64,000 nucleotides of DNA from Octopus vulgaris (Eukaryota), in the NCBI GenBank assembly GCA_951406725.2, contig OX597827.1, positions 30,256,001-30,320,000 on the forward strand, read 5' to 3'. The first letter of the stretch is position 1. Every line of letters begins with the position of its first letter. The notes under the pieces were generated by a model. It was not told the origin of the DNA. It searched no databases and saw only the letters and a list, made by a program, of their open reading frames with translations. Both the position numbers and the translations under genes were made by a program. Of the stretch, positions 27,921-40,850 are shown one piece after another.

Positions 27921-29876
27921 ATGTTGAATTGATTGTGTGTTAAGGCCATCTCCACAGGTTTTCTACAGAAGTTATAGCCAGCTCTAATTTTGTGATGACA
28001 CTTCCTATCTGAGATGTCACTTATAAAGAAACAATGAAATTGAAGATGTAAAAATGGGTAATGGGCATATATGCCATATTTTGGAAGATTTTGTTCCTTC
28101 ATCTGCACCCATCTAACTTGTTTATCATTCACAAACTCATTGCTTAAATAGCCACTGCATATAATGGTGTAACATTATTGGATATACTAATTTACATATT
28201 AAACACCTTCCTGGAAGCTGGTATTTCGTTATGCAACCATAATGTTACAAAATATATTAAACGCATTTATAGGTCAATGCCGTGTAATTCCTGTGTTAAA
28301 AGTGCACTTCAGTGCTGGTTGTAATTTCTATAGAAAAATTTGTAGAGATCACCATAACACGGTTACTCATTACATTGATTAAAGGTCTTCAGTTCGTGCC
28401 CATACTGTTTATTCTACGGCCATCATGCATCTAGCACTCCACTATTTAATGTCCTGCTTTGCTAAAATAGTAAGAGTGGTTTGAATGACATTATGCAGCT
28501 CACATTCTTGGGGTTTCAGTTTCAGCTTGCCAGTGCATGGTAAGTGTCTTTTACTATAGGACAGTGGCTACCAATGTCTTTAGAAATGATTTAGCAGATG
28601 GAAACAATGCAGAAGTCCATAACACGTGTGTGTGTGTGTGTGTATGTATACATGTATATGTATATGTATACATATGTATGTACAGAAACATTCACACACA
28701 AATACACACAAACACCTATGTGTATGTATACATGCACATACATACATACATACATGCACGTACATACATATGTATGTATGTGTAATTATCTTACAAAAGT
28801 CTCGAATCACAGGGAAGCGTGGAGAGCTGGGATTTGGAGTGTTGTTAAAGATTTTCAGCTTGATAGAGTTAAGTATGGTGAAATGAAAGGAAATTTCATA
28901 AACAAATAGCGCGTTGTGTGAGTTTCTTATTACTTCTTTAAATGTTCCTTAGGTACAAAAGTACGCATATTTTAAGCTAGTATAAGATCATACTAGCGTG
29001 CCCATGTTGGTAAGGTATACCTGAACTATTGGAATCTCACTCTGGATGATCAGTTTCAGTGCAATGTCTGTGAAATACGTTCAGGTCAGTGGAGGATTGA
29101 AGCAGCACTTGAACATTCATAGGAGACAGGCGGCAAATGGAGCCAATGCTGAGATGAGATACTGTTGTAGTATAGGTGATCAGCCCTTCAAATACCTTTC
29201 AGGGTGCAAATGTCATTTTAGATCTTACACTAGGTAGAAGAAAAAGTCAAGCTCTGTAAGGAGTAGACAGTCACCATGTGTACATAGTATTAGCATATAG
29301 ATTTTATCTTAGACTTCATTATGTATTGTATTCCTAATTTAAGATGGTAATGCAATTTGAAGGAAATTTGACTGCTACCTCTGGTAGATCAACAAATGGA
29401 AACTTTGTGAATTCTCGCTGGTGTATGCATACGTGTGCACCCATGTTTGTGTGTGTGTGAGTGATGTTAATCATTTCTGGCCAAGAAAGGTAGAGATAAC
29501 TTAAAACAGATTAAATATAAATTACACTAAACAATCTGTGTGATCTTTGGTCGCATGATGAGAAATCCACACATATTTTGGTTTTATTAGAGCTCATCGA
29601 CAAATCATATGATCTTAGAATGAGGATAGAAGTTATAAGATTTCTGTGAATGAAGACTGAGTGCAGTTTTGCAATGTAATTATGTTCTTTATTTCTAATT
29701 AGGGTTATCTATATGTCTATATATATATATATATATATATATCTGTCTACTTAACTATCTGTCTATATGTCTGTCTATCTGTTTTCATTTGTCTTTTCTG
29801 TTTGTTTGCATATGTATTTCCTACGTTGAATATGTTAACACTAACTTAACTAACTACATTACTTATTGCCTTTCAG

Positions 29877-30026
29877 ATATATGCTCTCAACAATGTAATG
29901 AAGAAATTAGAACACACCCACTTTAAGCAGTTCTGCGACTCAGTTGGTATCAAGCATAAAGATAATACTGAAACAAATACAGCCACATTTAACGAATCAA
30001 TTCTTTCACAAAATCTTATTATATGA
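29877..30026 (+). CDS. SVBP: SVBP-like terminal coding exon
   Basis: Preceded by CTAAC branch-like motifs and ctttcAG; encodes IYALNNVMKKLEHTHFKQFCDSVG...*. The joined QRHEIYALNNVMKKLEHTHFKQFC matches human SVBP [24 protein letters not shown] (recalled from memory) at 15/24 positions. Confidence 0.75.
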   Translation: MYALNNVMKKLEHTHFKQFCDSVGIKHKDNTETNTATFNESILSQNLII

Positions 30027-30249
30027 GAACAATAATATTGAATAGAGACAACTGCTGGTGATGGTGGGGTTAACAGTGTTGTTTGATGTTGAAGAGCAAC
30101 AACAGCTGGTTTGGGGCTACATTTATCTTGCCAAGATCTTTATATAGCTGTTTAATTTACTTTCCAACTCTTTGTTCCCATCCTGCATCTTTTACACTTG
30201 TTTTTCTTTAGCTTTTAACCTAAAAAATTTCTACAGCAACAGATGCTGC

Positions 30250-30398
30250 GCATGGAGGAATTCCAGACAGGATGCCCCTGGGAGCTCCTCTTTGCTGATG
30301 ACCTAGCTCTAATTGCTGAGTCACTATCAGAATTAGAGGAGAAGTTTCAAGTGTGGAAATAAGGATTAAAATTGAAGAGCCTTAGAATCAACCTAGCT
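30250..30398 (+). mobile_element. RTE RT fragment
   Basis: EEFQTGCPWELLFADDLALIAESLSELEEKFQVWK, matching 54070-54215. Confidence 0.85.
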
Positions 30399-30539
30399 TG
30401 GTAGCGGGCACAATATTTTCGGTGATTATTGCAGCTGTTGATGGGTCCTACACAAGAGATGACGGCAGTTTCAGCAGCAACAGAGGATATTTATATCCAA
30501 TGAATGATAGTGTGGTGTACAAAGACAGTAGCTCATCAG

Positions 30540-31212
30540 AGCAGTGGGTCTCTTTCACAACTGTGCCCCACACATAGTAAACCATGTAATTCAATTGATG
30601 GAATCAGGCGGCTAGAAAAGGGGCTGGTGAAATCGTAGAAATTCTCCGACAACCATTTACGACTCTTTCCAGAGCTGAATCTTGCTGCCACATACATGAC
30701 CTTCCAGCAGCAGCTCTCTCTCCAGCCAAGAATTGACCGCAGTCTCCAGCAACTTCACATTAAGGCCTTGTTCAAAGATGTGGGGTGGCATGATGTCACC
30801 CTCACTCTCTCTCTCTCTCTCTCACACACACAGTCATACACAGAAGGTGTTTGGGCAAAATATGATGCATTTTATGTCTTCCTTTTTGGGGAACATCTTG
30901 TCTTCCTTTTGGGGAACACCACAGTCAGTGGTGTTGAAGAGCACAAAGATTAAAATTGTAGTTGAGAAAAAGTTAGCTGACATGGAGAAAGGAAGCCATG
31001 TGAATATTGGTAGAGTTATGATGATTTATGCAGGATTTTCAAAATGCTGATACCATGACTGCTGCTCAGTGCTCTGTGAATAGTGTAAAGATTGTAAAAC
31101 ATGTCCCACATATCATGAAAACCAAGTTCCCTCAAACTGCAAATGGTCTTTGGGTGTGTTTCCAGTGACAGTGATATCATGGTGCCTTACATCTTTGAAC
31201 AGGGCCCTAGAT
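30540..31212. mobile_element. Tc1/mariner-superfamily (DD37D/maT-like) transposase remnants in both orientations
   Basis: Minus 30540-30730 gives WQQDS...KWLSENFYDFTSP...YYVWG. Plus 31095-31212 gives MKTKFPQT.MVFGCVSSDSDIM.PYIFEQG. Confidence 0.55.
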
Positions 31213-31748
31213 TACATAGACCACGTCTGATGTTCACCTTCCCAGAATTACTACCACACATATAGATTCAAAATAACAAAGAACATCTCGACCACTCCCA
31301 AAACATCTTCCCCAAACCCTAGAAAACAAGTTCAGCCTTCAGATTTTTTTATAACTAACTCACATATATATAAAATGTATGAATTTTCTTTAAAAGCCCC
31401 ATTATTCTTGATGAATGCCTCAAAGGGACTAAAGCGCTAGATAAATATTCATAAAAAACTTGACTACCTCCCTTTTCTTTATATATAGATATAGGTAAGA
31501 TTCAGTTGAATTAGGTACTTAATTTGAGGCACCTCATTAGGTCGGAATAATATACACACACAACAATATTAAGTAAGTATCAAACTTGGTAGATAAGTAC
31601 CGGGCGAATGATATTGTTGCAGTAGATCGAGCTTAGTGAATAAATCTGCTCTTAGCTCTTCAGACGTACTTTATATCAAAAATACTGTCCATAATATTTA
31701 TGAAGGGCAGATTCTGAGACAGGTGAATAAAATATAAATGAGTAACAA

Positions 31749-31980
31749 AGGTGTCAATCCATTATGGTCGTTTTTAATGACTCCTTTAATTGATTAATTG
31801 TAAAGAAACTGTTTCCGTCAGATGAATTCATGAACTTCAAAATAGAGGACAATAAGAATGACTTGACATAGTTTAAAATCCATCCACGGGGCAAAATCAT
31901 TTACAATGATTCTACTACTATTTCATTTTCATTAATCAATTATAGGAGTCATTAGAAACAGCCGTAATGGATTGACATCT
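31749..31980. repeat. Inverted repeat with 50-bp arms and a degenerate hammerhead signature
   Basis: 31749-31798 pairs with 31931-31980 (about 6 mismatches). The right arm has GAAAC-agcc-GTA-atg; the minus strand has cat-CTGACGG inside the loop. Confidence 0.6.
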
Positions 31981-31990
31981 GTACCTCTCA

Positions 31991-32032
<42 letters not shown>

Positions 32033-32033
<1 letters not shown>

Positions 32034-32436
32034 TCTTTACTCTTTTACTTGTTTCAGTCATTTGACTGCAGCCATGCTGGAGCACCGCATTTAATCGAGC
32101 AACTCGACCCCGGGACTTATTCTTTTGTAAGCCCAGTACTTATTTTATCGGTCACTTTTGCCGAACCGCTAAGTAACGGGGACATAAACACAACAGCATC
32201 GGTTGTCAAGCAATGCTAGGAGGACAAATACAGACACACAAACACACACACGCATATGTATATACATATATACGACAGGCTTCTTTCAGTTTCCGTCTAC
32301 CAAATCCACTCACAAGGCTTTGGTCGGCCTGAGGCTATAGTAGAAGACACTTGCCCAAGGTGGCACGCAGTGGGACTGAACCCGGAACCATGTGGCTGGT
32401 AAACAAGCTACTTACCACACAGCCACTCCTGCGCCT
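32033..32436 (-). mobile_element. Full-length tRNA-derived SINE (Octopus-type)
   Basis: Minus strand aggcgcaggagTGGCTGTGTGG (A box)...GGTTCAGTCCC (B box), ccttgggcaagt central domain, internal (TG)n, and a (gtaaaaga)-like tail. Confidence 0.85.
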
Positions 32437-32438
32437 AT

Positions 32439-33648
32439 ATCATCATCATCATCATCGTTTAACGTCCGTTTTCCGCGCTAGCACGGGTTGGACGGTTCAA
32501 CCGGGGTCTGGGAAGCCAGGGGCCGCTCCAGGCTCCAGTCTGATCTGGCAGAGTTTCTACGGCTGGATGCCCTTCCTAACGCCAACCACTCCGTGAGTGG
32601 AGTGGGTGCTTTTTACGTGCCACCTGCACGGGGGCCGGGGGGTCCGGCATCGGTCACGATCGGTTCGAGCTTTTAACGTGCCAGCGGCACGGGAGCAACG
32701 GGGTCCGGGGTACTTTGGGGATCCGGGGTACTTTGAATGGATAGGGGGTATGTGGAATTGCTGCAGAAAGCAGCCCGGGTCTTTGCAGTCACAGCATATC
32801 TCCAGAGATCTCGGTCCTTCGCCATTGCCTCAGTGAGGCCCAATGCTCTGAGGTCATGCTTGACTACCTCATCCCATGTCTTCCTGGGTCTACCTCTCCC
32901 CCTGATACCTTCAACTGTTTGGGAGTGGCACTTCTTCACACATCTCTCTTCATCCATCCGCAGCACATGACCATACCATCGCAAGCGTCGCTCTTGCACA
33001 CCACATCTGATGCTTCTTATATCCAGCATTTCTCTCAGGATGCTTACACTCTGTCTTGCGTGCACACTGACACTACACATCCAGCGGATCATGCTAGCTT
33101 CATTTCTTTCAAGTCTACGCATGTCCTCTGCAGTCACAGCCCATGTTTCATTACCGTGAAGCATGGCAGTTTGCACACATGCATCATACAATCTACCTTT
33201 CGCTCTGAGGGAGAGACCTTTTGTTGCCAGTAGGGGTAGGAGCTTTCTGAACTTTGCCCAGGCTATTCGTATTCTAGTGGTGATATTCTCTGTGCATCCA
33301 CCTCCACTACTAACTTGGTCACCCAGGTAGCGGAAACTATCAACTACTTCTAGTTTCTCTCCCTGGAGTGTGATGGAATCTGTTTTCTGAGTGTCTGTTG
33401 TGTCTATTGTCCCTATGCATCTGCCGCACATGAAAGCTATCTTATCTGTTAATTTCCCTTTAATGTTGCTGCACCTCTTATGTGTCCATAACTTACATTG
33501 GGTGCATCTTATGGAGTTTCTACCTGTACCTTTCCTACAGATTGAGCAGGGCCACCTACCCGAGGGGGTGTGTGCTGAGTACCTCTTGCTGCTTACTAAT
33601 ACTTTGGTCTTTGCTACATTTATTCTAAGGCCCTTTGATTCCAACCCT
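32439..33648 (-). mobile_element. RTE LINE, 5'-truncated, with (GAT)n tail
   Basis: ORF 32673-33644: RT C-terminus, Cys/His finger, RRLRWYGHV, RGRGRPRKTW. Confidence 0.92.
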
Positions 33649-33914
33649 TATATATATATATATATATAACTAAAAAGTTTGTTATAGGTATGTATAAGAT
33701 AAAATCTTATATAAAGCACTACTAATAATTAGAAAAATGGAGAAGAGAAGATGTTAAATGTTCAAATTAGAATTTAATTTCCACATATGACCATTTCAAA
33801 TGGTAATACAAACATGTAAGAAAAAAACATTATAATAATAATAATAATAATTAAAATAGTTATGTATTACCATTCGTGTCAGTGCAAAAAATTAAAGGAA
33901 AGCATAAAAAATGG

Positions 33915-33961
<47 letters not shown>

Positions 33962-34243
33962 GACTCCTTTGGTCATGAGTGAGCATGAGAGTGCACCTAG
34001 AAAATTTCCCACCGAGACACAAGTCCAGGTAAGGTTGTTTACGGAAGACTAGCAGTCGCTCATGCATACCAGCCTCCCCTCTCTACGCCACTGATGTTAT
34101 CTAGGGGAAAGGCAAAGGCCAATATAGCTTTGCACCATAATAACTAATCAAACACTTATCTTAAGCAAAAGGCAAAATTCAATATGAACAAACAGGATAG
34201 ATCCATTAGAACAAAAAAAATGGACCGATTTTCACAAATGCAG

Positions 34244-34940
34244 ATCATCATCATCATCATCATTTAACGTCCGCTTTCCATGCTAGCATGGGTTGGACGG
34301 TTCAACTGGGGTCTGGGAAGCCCGAAGGCTGCACCAGGCCAGTCAGATCTGGCAGTGTTTCTACAGCTGGATGCCCTTCCTAACGCCAACCACTCCGTGA
34401 GTGTAGTGGGTGCTTTTTATGTGCCACCGACACAGGTGCCAGACGAGGCTGGCGAACGGCCACACTCGGATGGTGCTTTTTACGTGCCACCGGCATGGAG
34501 GCCAGGCGAGGCTGGCAAAGGCCACGATCGGACGGTGTTTGTTACGTGCCACCAGCACAGAGGCCAGTCGATGCGGTGCTGGCTACGGCCACGTTCTCTT
34601 ATGTGCCGCCGGCACTGGTACCACAACTACAAATTCCATTGATGTTGATCGATTTCGATTTTGATTTGATTTTTTGATTCTCACTTGCCTCAACAGGTCT
34701 TCACAAGTAGAGTTATGTGTCCCAAGAAGGAAGGTATGCACTGGTGGACTGACTACATCCCAGGTAGGGGCCACAGGTTATGGCCTCACTTGTCCTGTCG
34801 GGTCTTCTCACACACAGCATACTTCCAAAGGTCTCGATCTCTGGTCATTTCCTCGGTGAGACCTAAAGACCGAAGGTCGTGCTTCACCACCTTGTCCCAG
34901 GTTTTCCTCGGTCTACCTCTTCCACAGGTTCCCTCAACCA
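34244..34940 (-). mobile_element. RTE LINE 3' end (ORF tail plus 3' UTR minisatellite)
   Basis: Homologous to 58753-60280, with a (CAT)n tail on the plus strand. Confidence 0.9.
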
Positions 34941-35218
34941 CAGATGTGAACTGCAAAAGCAGAAATTTGATCTACTGCATTAAATGCCCTAATTGTGAGG
35001 AACTATATATTGGCAAGACGGGGAATGCATTATCGGAATGCTCATGAGTCCACAGACAATAAATCCGGGACACTAATGTTCGCCAAATTCCATTGAGCAA
35101 ACATACAGAAACATGTGGTCAGAAAATATTTCTAATTTTTCTTGTCCACAAACTACATGACACAAATGAGGTTGGAAGAAAGATAAAAGAAAAACGGTTT
35201 ATTAAAATGTTCAGACCT
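34941..35218 (+). mobile_element. Penelope-like element GIY-YIG endonuclease fragment
   Basis: NCKSRNLIYCIKCPNCEELYIGKTG...H...KE..FI.MFRP, with stop codons. Confidence 0.8.
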
Positions 35219-36359
35219 GTTGTGGATGGAAATAAGAGCAATAATGTAACAACTAGTGAATGATGTGGATTGAAAATATAAACAAGTTACAGAATGTCGG
35301 TATGCCATTCCCCCTCCCCAAGTGTTCAGTCATACTGTAGCATCTCCTATCCTTCACTCACCCTCGCATGCTGGGTGTGTCTGGGCAAGTTATTGTGACA
35401 AACATGCAGATTAAAAGTTATTATTTTTCCTGTTTTTAAAACCTTGGCCATTTATCCTGGGGTTTATTTTCCTATCTATACTTACCTTGTTTATTTTATT
35501 ATCATTTGTAGTTTTGTGGCAGGAGCTCCAGGACACAGCAGTCACATCAACAAGTTCGTCAATTGCTTAGTGACGGTCCTCCAAGATCAGTTCATGAATT
35601 TTCATGTGTTCGGGAGGTCAATAGTCACCCTGAACGAGGTTTGGTCTTCAAGCGACAAGTGACCATTCCTAAAGTGTGGAAACCCCTTGTAAGCTTATAT
35701 AAATATAAATATAAGTATGCATACATGGGTGTGTGTGTGTGTGTGTATGCATGTGCATGTACACCTGTGATTGCAATTTGCAACTCATAGAATAATAAAG
35801 AAAAGTGAAAGAAATGTGTTTCAGCGATGTTTTATCATTTAATATACATTCGGTTTTGCATCCACGTTTAGTAAAATAATCATAGTATAATTATTAAAAT
35901 ACACAAGGCACTGTTCCACCGATAACATAGTTTGGCTGTTTAAATACCCCTGGTACATTATCACAATCTAAAAAGTAAAATAACGTAAATACAGAAATGT
36001 CATAAAAAATATTTTTTAATTAAAGTTAGAAGGTCCCTAGTTTTCTTTTGTGGGGCAGAAATTCGTTTATTCGACCACAATATTAAACTGGTTCTTTGTT
36101 TTATTGACCCCACCCACCAGATAAAATGTAAGGCTAACATCAACTCCATTATTCAACTGATACTTATTTCATCGACAGCAAGGGCTGACAGGCAAAGCCA
36201 ACCTTGGCGGCATTTGAGCTGAGGACGAAAGACCGCTAAACATTTTCCTCGGTGGGGAAACGATACTGCTAGCTTGCTGAGTTAATGCTGTTGCTGCTGC
36301 TGCTACTACTACTACTACTAATAATAATAATAATAACAACAACAACAACCCTTTCTACT

Positions 36360-39300
36360 ATATATAAAAGATTGGCTACAGCAAATATTCTGCTCAATAC
36401 CACAGATTTGTTTGTCAGTTGTTTGACCCTAACCAGTTGAGAATGTCCCTTAGCGACTGACAAAATGTGCATCTCTGATCACGAGCAGAAGTAGTAGGAG
36501 AGCATCATAGCCATGTGTTGAGAGGAATTCTTTGGGATTTGAATAATTCACCTCTGGAAACATGGGTGTTTCGTTCAACATCCCTAAACAACCCTTATTC
36601 AGTGAGATGAACTACTTGACGTGAAGAAAATTCTCACTGGGCCCCACCTGCAAGGTCATGTAGTGTTTATCTTGATATGAGATCACCATTTTGTGTATAT
36701 ATAGTTGTGATGCATGTGTACTCTTATCAGATGGGTAGGCATGATGGGTATATTGGGCTTTGTATGTTTTGCCCCATGTCACTTTGATGGCATGCACTGC
36801 TCTCTCATTGGACAGGAAGGCAAGAAAACTACTAACATCTTGGAACATGACCATCCAAAGGCAGACGTTGATCATCTGTACCTACCTAGAAGTAATTGGG
36901 GAAAAAGAAAGATGCTGGTAGAACTGTGCTATAAGATCTGCTTGTATACAAACATGAAAGCAGCAAAATATCACATTCTAATGTCAAGTAAGCTTGTAAA
37001 TTCGCAAGGGAACTTGGCATTACCCCTGAATTAGGTGAAGAACCTGTAACTACTGCCACCAAACAGGTAAAATGGATCAAACAGACTGCAAAAAAGAATG
37101 GGTAGAAACAAGCTGAGGAGCAGTGGAAATAGAAGCCTCTGCATGGACAGTATATACTTCGAAGTCGAAATGTTGATGCAGACCAAGCAATAACCCATCA
37201 GTGGCTGAGAAGTTTAGGACTGAATGCAGAGACTGCTTACAAAAAACTACCAGGCCAATTTTCTTCAAAATGGTTCTGATCATAAATGCAGATTCTGCAA
37301 TACATTTGATGAAACAAGAGACCATCTTGTCTTGGGATGTCCAGTCCTGACACTAAATGAATACAAAAAGTCGCCCCAATAGGGTAGGACAGTATTTACA
37401 ATGGAAAATATGTAAACACAACAAAATCAGCTCTCCTGCTTACTGGTATGAACATTATCCTGAGCCAGACGTTGAAGGTAAAAATTTCACAATCCTGTAG
37501 GATTTTCCAGTCAACACCGGCAGAACAATCCAGACTAATCAACCAGACATAGTCATTAAGAACAGTGAAGAAAATGCTTGTAGATTAATAGATGTAAGTG
37601 TTCCCACTGATAAAAATATATCTATAAAGGAATTTGACATATTAAGTAAATATAAGAACCTGAAAATTGAAATGCAAAAGATATGGCATCTTCAAGCTAG
37701 AACTGTTCCTGTTATTATAGGTGCCCTTGGGATATCAGAAAAGGATATCAGAAACATCGAGAATTATGTCTCAGAAAAATCCAAAAGACTGTGCTGACAA
37801 GTACTGCCCATAACATTAGAAAAAACATTATGCGTTTAAAAAAAATGTGCTGTCTTAAATGAAGATATTTCGCTACTGAACCTGCCATTCCTCTCCCTAA
37901 GCTTTCAATCATACTGTAGCATCTCCTATCCTTCACTCGCCCTAGCATGGTGGATGTGTCTTGGCAAGGTATTGTGACAAACATGCAGATTAAAAGTAAA
38001 TAATAATGATGATGATGATGATAATAATAATAATCAAGCACTGGCTCTCATGGTTTCTGATCTTAACTGATTGGAAGTGCTATCATGTACATTGTTTTGT
38101 CTTCGTATAAAAGATGGGCTACAGCAAATATTCTGCTCAACACTACAGATTTGAAGTCAGTTGTTTGACTATAACCAGTTGAGAATGTCCTTTAGTAGCT
38201 GACAAAATGCATATCTCTGATTACCAGTAGAACTAGTGGGGGAGCATCATGGCCATATGTTGAGAGGAATTCTTTAGGGTTTGAATAATTTACCTCTGGA
38301 AACATGGGTGTTTCATTCAACATCCTTAAACAACCCTTATTCAGGGACCTTTTGAGTGGGATGAGCTACACGACACGAAGAAAATTCTCACTGGGCCCCA
38401 CCTGCAAGGTCATGCACTGTTTATCATGATATGAGATCACCATGTCGAGTACATATGGTTGTGATGCATGTACCTGGTGTACCCTTTTCAGACAGGTAGT
38501 CATGATGAGTATACTGGGTTTCGTATATTTTACCCCAATATCACTTTGATGGCATGCACTGCTCTCTCTCTCTCAATAAAGGTAATAATAATAATAATAA
38601 TAATTTCATTTGCCACAAGAGCTAAGAATGAGGGAGAAATACACAGACGGACATAAAGTGTGGGAGATTACATATAATGAAATGAAAAGAAAATTAATAT
38701 ACATGGTATACACTGAAAAAGAAGGGACATACGCATAGAATACAAAGGTTTAAAGAATTAAAAAAAAAAGGTGGTGGGGTGGATGATAGAAATGTAGCCC
38801 TCCTGATTCAGGAGGACCTCTGGGTGAAATCGAAGAACCCCACTGTCCGAGATTTCCCTGAATACCATGAGTAAGTGTCCTCTCCATCTCCTATTCTATG
38901 ACTCATAGGTCTACACTGAGAGAGGTACCATCCACCCACCTTTCAGTAAACTCACTCTGGGACAGCACTTCCCTCTCCACTCTCAATTTCCTTTTCAAGT
39001 GAAACATGAAACGTCGATTAGAGCTCTACCAAAGAGGAATGTATCTGTCCTAATACCTTTCAGCCACGTCCACCAAACAACCTCTTTTTCCACAGCCACC
39101 AGGCAAAAGAAAACTGCCTTGCCTGCTCGATTGAAGGAGGGCAGCGAGGCAATCGTCGCTACAGACACTACTGTGATAATATCAACATAGCATGTCGCGG
39201 TAACAACAGGATCAAAGAGAAAGACGAAAAACTGACTTTCTACAACGATTTGAAGTGAGAAATATGAAAGTTGTGGTAAATGAGGAAAATAGACATGATA

Positions 39301-40104
39301 CCAATAGTAATTGGCCTTCTTGAAAGTATCAGCACTCAGCTCCCAACATTGCTAAAAAAGATTGGTACAAATATAAAGACAGAACAACTACAAAAATCAG
39401 TATAGCTTGGAACTGCAACAATTCTTCGCAGGGTCCTTGAAGCATGACCAGTACACAAGTATCATCTCAGTCAGTTTGCTGTAGACAGCTGATACTTTCC
39501 ATCATACTCAACAAAATAAGCTGAGAGTTTTTCATAATAATAATAATAATAATAATAATAAGTACCAGGCAGTGGCTCTCATGGCTTATGATCTTAACTG
39601 ATTGGAAGTGTTATCATGTACATTGTTTTGTCTTCGTATAAAAGATGGGCTACAGCAAATATTCTGCTCAATACCACAGATTTGCTTGTCAGTTGTTTGA
39701 CCTTAACCAGTTGAGCATGTCCCTTAGTGGCTGACGATATGTGCATCTCTGATCATGAGCAGAAGTAGTGGGGGAGCATCATAGCCATGTGTTGAGAGGG
39801 ATTTTTTGGGGTTTGAATAATTCACCTCTGGAAACATGGGTGGTTCTTTCAACATCCTTAAACAACCCTTATTCAGGGACCTTTTGAGTGGGATGTGCTA
39901 CTCAACCTGAAGAAAATTCTAACTGGGCCCAACCTGCAAGGTCATGTGCTGTTTATCTTGATATGAGATCACCATGTCGCGCACATATGGTTGTGATGCA
40001 TGTGCCTGGTGTACCCTTATCAGACGGGTAGTCATGATGGGTATATTGGGCTTCATATATTTTACCTCAGTGTCACTTTGATGGCATGAACTGCTCTCTC
40101 ACTC

Positions 40105-40142
<38 letters not shown>

Positions 40143-40470
40143 GAACAACAACAACAACATCAACCTTACAGGAACACATAAAATGCTGGCTGAGAAATTT
40201 AATGAAATATGAGCAGGGCCAGAGACAATGCCTGAATGGCTCACGGAATGGAATATTATCCTAATTCCCAAATCTACTGAAACAACAAATTCACAAAATT
40301 ACAGACCGATAACTTGTCTCCCTACAATTTACAAAGCCTTTACTGCAATAATATCGCAGAGAATGAGCAAGCATCTGGAAGAAAACAACCTGTTTTCAGA
40401 AGAGCAGAAGGGATGCTGTAAGGGCTCACATGGCAGTTAAGATCAGTTGCTGATAAATAAAGCCATATTT
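36360..40470 (+). mobile_element. Cluster of R4/Dong-like fragments and three copies of a ~540-bp repeat, separated by (TAA)n
   Basis: RLE domain at 36810-37830 (HPKADVDHLYLPR, CRFC..ETRDH...C, NQPDIV, IDVSVP, KY..L) and a 3' fragment at 39190-39540; RT fragment at 40160-40470; repeat copies at about 36360-36810, 38035-38570 and 39560-40103. Confidence 0.75.
38860..39170 (-). mobile_element. Tx1-like ORF2 C-terminal fragment (other subfamily)
   Basis: Minus strand PPSIEQARQFS / VVWWTWLKG / HLKRKLRVEREVLS..F.ERWV. Confidence 0.7.
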
Positions 40471-40850
40471 TTGCTTAGGGTTTCTTGTTTTTATAACTAT
40501 CCAGAAGGGTAGACATCGTTGAGAACAATGAATTTAGTTGGTGATCTGTTATCTTAATTCTACCTTTTAGTGGTCTAAGAGAGATTAGAAGAGTCAAGTG
40601 GTGAAGACATTATTTCAGCCTAGCTAAGGCAATCTGTCAAATGTAAAACTGCTCTCACAGAAAAACTATTGTTCCACCATAAGAAAAGTTCTGTTGAACT
40701 GTTATCGAATCCACTTCATGTCTGCAAGATTCACTACATATGTATTCATATATATACATGGCTGCTTATATTAATTTTTAGTGCATGCATTAGCATTTCG
40801 CTAATACATCCATAAATTTTTATAGTATATATATATATATATATATATAC

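Noticed and set aside
31620-31670. CTGAAGA on the minus strand followed by a possible stem
   Set aside because: No GAAA or cleavage triplet at the required position.
32360-32436. tRNA gene
   Set aside because: The A/B boxes belong to a SINE head; there is no complete cloverleaf and the sequence continues into SINE body.
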